Assembly (NCBI GenBank): GCA_965229085.1
Contig: OZ245859.1
Span: 1,140,207-1,204,206, forward strand
Direction: 5' to 3'
Source of the DNA: Kaistia sp.
GTDB lineage: Bacteria; Pseudomonadota; Alphaproteobacteria; Rhizobiales; Kaistiaceae
Length of the DNA stretch: 64,000 bases
Below the pieces are notes generated by a model. The model was given only the letters and a program-made list of their open reading frames with translations. It was not told the DNA's origin and searched no databases. Position 1 is the stretch's first letter, and each line of letters starts with the position of its first letter. Shown here in pieces: positions 57,755 to 64,000 of the stretch. The translations under genes and the position numbers were made by a program.

Positions 57755-58519
57755 ATGCTGCCTGACGTCATTCGCGAAGCTGCCCTGTTGCTGGCCGAAG
57801 CGCGCCGAACCGGCGTTCCGCTGGACCGCCTGCCGGATCACGCCATCCCCGCCGATGCAGAGGACGCCTTCGCGATCCAGCAGGCGATTTCCCGGCTGGC
57901 GGATGACGATGCCGTCGGCTTCAAAGCGGCGCTCAATGCGCAATTCGGTGTGCTCTATGCTGGCCTGCTGCGCTCGCGGGTCCACCCAGACCAGGCGGTG
58001 ATCGCATCCGAAGGCATGACGATGATCGGCGTCGAAGCCGAGATCGCTTTCCGCTTCGACCGTGACGTGCCGCCACGCGCCGAAGCCTATGCACCCGAGG
58101 AGATCGCGGCCCTCGTCTCGGCGCTCCCTGCCATCGAGACGCTCGATACGCGCTTCCGCGATTTCGACGGAACATCGGTGATCGCCAAGGCGGCGGACTT
58201 CATGTCGAACGGCTGCTTTGTCGCCGGCAGTCCCCGAAGCGACTGGCGGAGCCTCGACCTCTCGGCCATCGAGGTCATACTGCGCATCGACGGCGTGGAG
58301 AGGGTGCGCCATCGCGGCGGCCATCCAAGCGTCGATCCGTTGCTGCCGGCCATCGCCCTTGCCAACCGCCTGCGCCTGACCAACGGGATTGCGGCCGGGA
58401 CGATCGTCACCACCGGGACCTATACCGGGACGATCTTCGTCGCGCGCGACAGCCTTATCGAGGTCACCTTCGCTGGCCTCGGCAGCGTTTCCTGCCGGTT
58501 TGCCGCGAACGCGCCCTAG
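57755..58519 (+). CDS. FAH-superfamily protein, 2-keto-4-pentenoate hydratase / 4-oxalocrotonate decarboxylase-like
   Basis: GFK, VEAEIAFRF, IETLDTRF, AD, GTIVTTGTYTG. Confidence 0.8.
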   Translation: MLPDVIREAALLLAEARRTGVPLDRLPDHAIPADAEDAFAIQQAISRLADDDAVGFKAALNAQFGVLYAGLLRSRVHPDQAVIASEGMTMIGVEAEIAFRFDRDVPPRAEAYAPEEIAALVSALPAIETLDTRFRDFDGTSVIAKAADFMSNGCFVAGSPRSDWRSLDLSAIEVILRIDGVERVRHRGGHPSVDPLLPAIALANRLRLTNGIAAGTIVTTGTYTGTIFVARDSLIEVTFAGLGSVSCRFAANAP

Positions 58520-58566
58520 CCGGCCGTCTCCCTGTAGGCCCCGCCGGGCAGGCCGCGACATGGCCC

Positions 58567-59472
58567 TCAACCGCTGATCTGGCTTACGAAGTCCAAAAAG
58601 GCGCGCACCCGACAGGGGCAGAGATGGCGTGACGGATAATAGGCATGGAGCGGGAGGCGCTCCTCGTTCCATTGCGGAAACAACTCGATGAGGCGACCAT
58701 CCGCCAGCATCGCATCAGTCCCGAGCGCCATCGGTTGGGCAATGCCGAGGCCGGCGATGCAAGCGGAAAGCGAGGTGGCGACATCGTTCAAGACAAGACG
58801 GCCGTTGACCTCAACGGGGAGAACGTCTCCGTCACGGTGAAATTCCCATTTGAATGGGCGGCCAGTCGTCGGATCGCGGAAGAGCAGGCACTGGTGCCGG
58901 CCATCGGCCAGTTCGGCGGGATGATCCGGTCGACCGTAGCGCTCCAGATAGGAGGGAGATGCACATGTCAGAATGCGTGTCTCCGCAAGCTTGCGTGTCA
59001 CGAGGCCGGAGGCGTCCGGCTCTCCGAACCGGATGGCGACATCAAAGCCTTCTGAGACCAGATCGCCGACGCTGTCGCGCACGACGAGATCGAGCGACAG
59101 GTTCGGATGCGCATCGAGAAAAGGTTGAAGGCGCGGCGCCAGCATAAGACTCGCAAACCAACCGTCGCAATTGACGCGCAGCCGGCCATAGACGAGTTGA
59201 TCGCCGGCGACGGCACTGCTGGCGGCTTCCGAAATGCCAACGAGCAGCGGCGCGACATCGGTGAACAGAGACCGTCCGCTCTCCGTCAGCACAGTGGATC
59301 GGGCATTGCGTTCGAACAGCCGTATACCGAGCCGCTCTTCCAGCCGCGCGATCGAGCGGCTGACGCCAGACGGCGTCAATCCCAACGCCTCGGCGGCGCG
59401 CACGAAATTGCCGGTCTCCACCACCGCGATGAAGGTGCCGATACCGCTCAACAGGCGCGAGTCGATGTTCAT
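58567..59472 (-). CDS. LysR-family regulator (CrgA/DmlR-like)
   Basis: NFVRAAEALGLTPSGVSRSIARLEERLG, DLVSEGFDVAIRFG. Confidence 0.93.
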   Translation of the reverse strand: MNIDSRLLSGIGTFIAVVETGNFVRAAEALGLTPSGVSRSIARLEERLGIRLFERNARSTVLTESGRSLFTDVAPLLVGISEAASSAVAGDQLVYGRLRVNCDGWFASLMLAPRLQPFLDAHPNLSLDLVVRDSVGDLVSEGFDVAIRFGEPDASGLVTRKLAETRILTCASPSYLERYGRPDHPAELADGRHQCLLFRDPTTGRPFKWEFHRDGDVLPVEVNGRLVLNDVATSLSACIAGLGIAQPMALGTDAMLADGRLIELFPQWNEERLPLHAYYPSRHLCPCRVRAFLDFVSQISG

Positions 59473-59579
59473 CGATGAATCCTTGTCACTCAATAGGTGA
59501 CGAGGATGCGTTTGAATCACGCTTTGTCCAGACGGTAATTCTGGGTCCGACAAATCCGCGTCGAACTCAGGAGCCCATC

Positions 59580-60302
59580 ATGTCGATGAACAACAAACGT
59601 GCGGTCATTCTCGGAGGAACATCCGGCATTGGTCTGGCGGTCGCGCAGGCCATCAAGCGAGAAGGCGGCTTACCGATCGTTGTTTCCAGCCGGCAGCCGA
59701 AGATCGACGCCGCGATCGCCGCGCTGGGCGGCCATGCGGAAGGCTATGCGACCGATGTACGGGATGAGGCGGCGATGCAGGCATTGTTCGAGCGAATTGG
59801 TACCTTTGACCATCTCGTCTTCACCGCCGGAGAAAGCCTCAAGCTGGGTCTGATCGCCGACATGCCGCTCGACGACGCCCGCACCTTTTTCGATGTGCGC
59901 TATTGGGGCGCTTACACCGCCGCAAAACATGCTGCACGGTTTATTCGACCGGGCGGCTCGATCACCTTTTCCTCCGGCATCGCCAGCCAGCGGCCGCCGC
60001 AGGCCGGATGGGCGCTCGGAGCGAGTGTCTGCGCCGCTATGGAAGGACTGACGCGGGCGCTGGCGATCGAACTGAAGCCACTGCGTGTCAACATTGTCTC
60101 GCCCGGCTTCGTGCGGACGCCGCTTTGGGATGACATCCCCGAAACCGATCGCGAGGCGATGTACAGCGCGGCGGGCGCGCATCTTCCCGTCGGCCGCGTC
60201 GGGCTGCCGGACTATCTGGCCGATGCCTATCTCTTCCTGATGAACCAGGGCTTCGCGACGGGCCAGACGGTGGTCGTCGATGGCGGCGGCGTGCTGGTCT
60301 GA
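59580..60302 (+). CDS. Short-chain dehydrogenase/reductase (lacks YxxxK)
   Basis: GGTSGIG, AAMEGLTRALAIEL, RVNIVSPG, TGQTVVVDGG. Confidence 0.85.
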   Translation: MSMNNKRAVILGGTSGIGLAVAQAIKREGGLPIVVSSRQPKIDAAIAALGGHAEGYATDVRDEAAMQALFERIGTFDHLVFTAGESLKLGLIADMPLDDARTFFDVRYWGAYTAAKHAARFIRPGGSITFSSGIASQRPPQAGWALGASVCAAMEGLTRALAIELKPLRVNIVSPGFVRTPLWDDIPETDREAMYSAAGAHLPVGRVGLPDYLADAYLFLMNQGFATGQTVVVDGGGVLV

Positions 60303-60321
60303 GCGGGCCTGTGGCTGCCCC

Positions 60322-60356
60322 AAAAAGCAAAAGGCCCGCCGGAAGGCGGGCCTTTT
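60322..60356. terminator. Bidirectional intrinsic terminator (SDR and tRNA copy 2)
   Basis: AAAAGGCCCGCC-GGAA-GGCGGGCCTTTT; the minus strand continues TTTTGCTTTTT. Confidence 0.9.
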
Positions 60357-60363
60357 ACAGGAC

Positions 60364-60440
<77 letters not shown>

Positions 60441-60487
60441 ATAAGCGCGCCGCCGAGAAGATCTCTCTTTCGCCGTCGCGCAACGGT

Positions 60488-60516
60488 CATATAGGCGCTG
60501 GGCCGCCGCGTTGGAA
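60488..60516 (-). promoter_or_regulatory. Putative sigma70 promoter of tRNA copy 2
   Basis: TTCCAA(60516-60511)-17 bp-TATATG(60493-60488). Confidence 0.45.
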
Positions 60517-60564
60517 GCCCGGCCGGGACGAATTCTCAATTCGTCCACAGGCTGGACGCCCGCC

Positions 60565-62346
60565 TCAGACGGTCGGATTGATCCGGATGCCGAGTTCGCG
60601 CAGTTGGCGTGTGCTCGCCTCGCTGGGGGCGTTCATCAGAAGGTCCTGAGCCTGCTGGTTCATCGGGAACAGCGTGATCTCGCGCAGGTTCTGCACGCCG
60701 CAGATCAGCATCACGATGCGGTCGATGCCCGGCGCCATGCCGCCATGCGGCGGTGCGCCATACTGGAAGGCGCGGTAGAGGCCGCCAAAACGCTCCTCGA
60801 CCGTCGTCTCGTCGAGCCCGACCAGACCGAACGCCTTCACCATCAGCTCCGGGATGTGATTGCGGATGCCGCCCGAGGCGATCTCGAAGCCGTTGCAGAC
60901 GAGATCATACTGATAGGCCTTGATCGTCAGCGGATCCTGATTTTCCAGCGCCTCGAGGCCGCCCTGCGGCATCGAGAACGGGTTGTGGGCGAAGTCGACC
61001 TTCTTCTCTTCCTCGCTCCATTCGTAGAACGGGAAATCGACGATCCAGGCGAGCTCGAAGCTGTTGGTATCGACAAGGCCGAGCTCGGTGCCGACGCGCG
61101 TCCGCGCATCGCCGGCAAAGCGGTAGAAGCTCTTCGGATCGCCCGCGACGAAGAAGACGGCATCGCCATCTTCGAGGCCAAGCTGCACGCGCAGCGCCTC
61201 GGTGCGGTCTTCGCCGATATTCTTCGCGACCGGACCTGCGCCTTCGAGCGCTCCGTTCTCGCTGCGCCAGAAGATATAGCCGAGACCCGGCTGACCCTGC
61301 TGCTGCGCCCAGGCGTTCATACGGTCGCAGAAAGCGCGCGAACCGCCGCCCTTGGCCGGGATCGCCCAGACTTCGGCCTTTGGATCGGCCTCGATCATGC
61401 GGGCGAACACCTTGAAGCCCGAGCCGGCGAAATGCTGCGTCACCGCCTGCATCTCGATCGGGTTGCGCAGGTCCGGCTTGTCGGAACCATAGGTGCGGAT
61501 CGCCGTGTCATAGGGGATGCGGCGGAAGGTTTCCGTGACGCTCTTGCCATCAGCGAATTCCTGGAACAGGCCGCGCATCACCGGCTCCATCGTGCCGAGA
61601 ATGTCGTCCTGCGTCACGAAGCTCATTTCGAGGTCGAGCTGGTAGAACTCGCCCGGAAGGCGGTCAGCGCGCGGGTCCTCGTCGCGGAAACAGGGCGCGA
61701 TCTGGAAATAGCGGTCGAAGCCGGCGACCATCAGCAGCTGCTTGTACTGCTGCGGCGCCTGCGGCAGGGCGTAGAACTTGCCGTTATGGATGCGCGAGGG
61801 CACGAGGAAATCGCGCGCGCCTTCGGGCGACGACGCGGTCAGGATCGGCGTCGAGAACTCGGTGAAACCGATCTCGGTCATGCGGCGGCGCATCGAGGCG
61901 ATGACCTGCGTGCGCTTCATGATGTTGGCATGCAGCGTCTCGCGGCGGAGATCGAGGAAGCGGTATTTGAGGCGCGTGTCCTCGGGATAATCGGGCTCGC
62001 CGAAGACCGGGAGCGGCAGCTCCTTGGCCGCCGAGAGCACCTCGATCTCGCTTGCGAACACCTCGACCGCGCCGGTGGCGAGGTTGGCGTTCACGGTCTC
62101 GGGGGTGCGCTTCTTCACCAGCCCGTCGATGCGCACGCACCATTCCGAGCGCAGCTGCTCCGCCGTGCGGAAGGCCGGGGAATCCGGATCGACGACGATC
62201 TGGGTCAGCCCGTAGTGATCGCGAAGGTCGATGAACAGCAGCCCGCCATGATCGCGCACCCGATGGACCCAGCCCGAAAGGCGAACGGTCTCGCCCGTCT
62301 GGGTTTCGCGGAGCTGGCCGCAGGTATGGGTGCGATAGCGATGCAT
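60565..62346 (-). CDS. aspS: Aspartate--tRNA(Asp/Asn) ligase
   Basis: [15 protein letters not shown] (His typical of non-discriminating type), [26 protein letters not shown]. Confidence 0.97.
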   Translation of the reverse strand: MHRYRTHTCGQLRETQTGETVRLSGWVHRVRDHGGLLFIDLRDHYGLTQIVVDPDSPAFRTAEQLRSEWCVRIDGLVKKRTPETVNANLATGAVEVFASEIEVLSAAKELPLPVFGEPDYPEDTRLKYRFLDLRRETLHANIMKRTQVIASMRRRMTEIGFTEFSTPILTASSPEGARDFLVPSRIHNGKFYALPQAPQQYKQLLMVAGFDRYFQIAPCFRDEDPRADRLPGEFYQLDLEMSFVTQDDILGTMEPVMRGLFQEFADGKSVTETFRRIPYDTAIRTYGSDKPDLRNPIEMQAVTQHFAGSGFKVFARMIEADPKAEVWAIPAKGGGSRAFCDRMNAWAQQQGQPGLGYIFWRSENGALEGAGPVAKNIGEDRTEALRVQLGLEDGDAVFFVAGDPKSFYRFAGDARTRVGTELGLVDTNSFELAWIVDFPFYEWSEEEKKVDFAHNPFSMPQGGLEALENQDPLTIKAYQYDLVCNGFEIASGGIRNHIPELMVKAFGLVGLDETTVEERFGGLYRAFQYGAPPHGGMAPGIDRIVMLICGVQNLREITLFPMNQQAQDLLMNAPSEASTRQLRELGIRINPTV

Positions 62347-62626
62347 GATGATCGATCCGAATTCGGGACAGCGCGGCAGAAAACGGGCCGTCGCGCATGG
62401 GATTTGCAGCGAAGGCCAGAGCCCGCCGCACGCGCGCGGGAGAAGCGCATGCGTGTCTTTTGTTGTCAAGCAAGTCCGGGCCGACCCGAGGCACCCGGCT
62501 CGTTCGGGCGGGACCGGCGCGGCCCGCGGCGCAAAGTCCCATGAAAACGGCAGGACGGAGAGCCCCTATCGGCCAAGACCACGCTATTCTCTCGCGCGAT
62601 CATGCTCTGTTTCCGGGGGGAAATTC

Positions 62627-64000
62627 ATGGATTCCAGTAAAGGGTTCAGTCGCCGCGCGCTTCTGCTCGGGACCGCCGCGGCCGCCGGCGCGGTGATCGG
62701 CGGCCCGGGGCTCGCGGACAAGGCGGCGGCCGCCGTGACGGCGCAGTCCGCAGGCAAGCGCTGGGCCCAGCTCAGCCGCCTCATGGGCGGCGGCCTGCTC
62801 CGTCCGGGCGACAGCGGATTCGACCGCGCCGCGCTTCCCAACAATCTGCGCTTTCAGCACGTTCGTCCGGAGGGCATCGCGCTTTGCGCCTCGCCGCAAA
62901 TGGCCGCCGACGTGCTGAACTGGTGCCGGGATCACGACATGCCCTTCGTCATTCGCGGCGGCGGTCATTCCTATTCCGGCTATTCGACGACCCGTGGCCT
63001 TTTGATTGACACCTCGCCCATGCGGTCGATCGACCATGACGCGGCCACCGGACTGTTGCGGGTTGGTGCCGGCGCGACCAACACGCAGCTGTTCAAGGCG
63101 ATGCGCCGAGCCGGTCGGATCACCACGCATGGCCGCTGTCCGACCGTTGGGGTCGCGGGATTTCTGCTCGGCGGCGGCGTTGGCTTCAACATGCGCCGCT
63201 ACGGCATCGCCTCGGACCAGCTGACCGAAGCTGGGATCGTTACGGCCGATGGCAAGGTTCGCACCGTTTCCAAGGCCTCGGACGCGGATCTGTTCTGGGC
63301 ACTTCGGGGCGGCGGCGGAGGGAATTTCGGCATCAGCACCTCGTTCACGCTGCAGACCCAGCCGGTGGACGAGCAATTGACAACGTTCCGCATGGTCTGG
63401 CGCAGCCGGACGCTCAAGGCCGCGAAAGCGCTGTTCAAGGCCTGCGAAGCCGCGCCGAGAGGCTTCGGCTCGCGGATATCGCTGGGCGGCGTGACCGAAG
63501 CGCAGCAGGCGCAAGGCCGACAGGTGTCCGTGACGCTGCTCGGCCAGTATGCCGGCGGCCGCGAAGCGCTGGAGGCTATCCTGAAGCCCGTAACCGATGT
63601 CGTCGCGCCGGACTTTGCCGATATCCGGACGGGTGGATATTGGGAGGGGCTCGCATTCCTGATGGAGCCGGGGGCGCCGGCCTGGTTTCGCGAGCGCTCT
63701 GCCTTCCTCGGCTCCGTGCCAAGCGATACCTTCCTCGAGGCGGCGTTCGAGCGGCTGCGCCAATGGCCGGGGACCGGCGCGCATGGCGATCTGTTCTTCT
63801 TCCAGACCGGCGGGCGCGTGAACGAGATGGCTGCCGATGCAACGGCCTTCGTTCATCGCAGCAGCCACTGGCTGGCCGTCGTCGGCATCAGCTGGAGCGC
63901 GGACGACAACCGTCGGCCGGAAGTCGCTGCGCGCGCCAGCGACTGGCAGGACGCGTTCTTTGGCTTCGTCGCACAGGACGGCCAGGGCGCGTTCCAGAAC
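62627..64000 (+). CDS. Tat-exported FAD-binding oxidoreductase (VAO/BBE family), 3'-truncated; absent from the ORF track
   Basis: Read by hand: MDSSKGFSRRALLLGTAAAAG (twin-Arg), RGGGHSYSGYS, GRCPTVGVAGFLLGGG, DLFWALRGGGGGNFG; no stop noticed to the window end (ends ...GAFQN). Confidence 0.85.
   Translation, partial: MDSSKGFSRRALLLGTAAAAGAVIGGPGLADKAAAAVTAQSAGKRWAQLSRLMGGGLLRPGDSGFDRAALPNNLRFQHVRPEGIALCASPQMAADVLNWCRDHDMPFVIRGGGHSYSGYSTTRGLLIDTSPMRSIDHDAATGLLRVGAGATNTQLFKAMRRAGRITTHGRCPTVGVAGFLLGGGVGFNMRRYGIASDQLTEAGIVTADGKVRTVSKASDADLFWALRGGGGGNFGISTSFTLQTQPVDEQLTTFRMVWRSRTLKAAKALFKACEAAPRGFGSRISLGGVTEAQQAQGRQVSVTLLGQYAGGREALEAILKPVTDVVAPDFADIRTGGYWEGLAFLMEPGAPAWFRERSAFLGSVPSDTFLEAAFERLRQWPGTGAHGDLFFFQTGGRVNEMAADATAFVHRSSHWLAVVGISWSADDNRRPEVAARASDWQDAFFGFVAQDGQGAFQN

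Noticed and set aside
7223-60363. Calling the inter-tRNA block an active integrative element (ICE/prophage)
   Set aside because: No integrase, recombinase, relaxase, transposase or phage gene seen; no obvious compositional break; kept only as a hypothesis

Overview
High-GC alphaproteobacterial (Hyphomicrobiales/Rhizobiales-like) chromosomal segment. I found no integrase, transposase, phage gene or CRISPR array. The left end has the tail of a polyamine ABC operon plus aminobutyraldehyde dehydrogenase (ydcUV-patD synteny), an orphan lipoprotein, an orphan phnM and small regulator/oxidoreductase pairs. Two identical, complete 77-nt initiator tRNA-Met genes (7146-7222 and 60364-60440, both minus strand) bracket about 53 kb of catabolic genes. 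(i) A ~38 kb polyol/ketose-phosphate locus (9.8-47.9 kb) has eryH/eryI-like isomerases, G1PDH-like, GlpD and GpsA-like dehydrogenases, two paralogous class II aldolase-SDR fusions, three sugar ABC importers, FGGY and PfkB kinases, two fused DhaK-DhaL kinases, a stand-alone DhaL and four SorC-family regulators, one of them fused to a DhaK domain. Its promoters share a TTGAC(A/G)TATG motif, and one is a perfect 29-bp inverted repeat. (ii) A GntR-linked cluster (48.4-58.5 kb) has an AtzD/barbiturase-family ring-opening amidohydrolase with a divergent tail, a class V aminotransferase, a BMP-type ABC importer, an amidase and an FAH/MhpD-family enzyme. It looks like a pathway for an unassigned cyclic ureide. 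The right end has aspS and the start of a Tat-exported, bicovalent-FAD oxidoreductase. Start codons were adjusted by eye from the ORF track. Functional calls come from motif recognition only; no database search was run.
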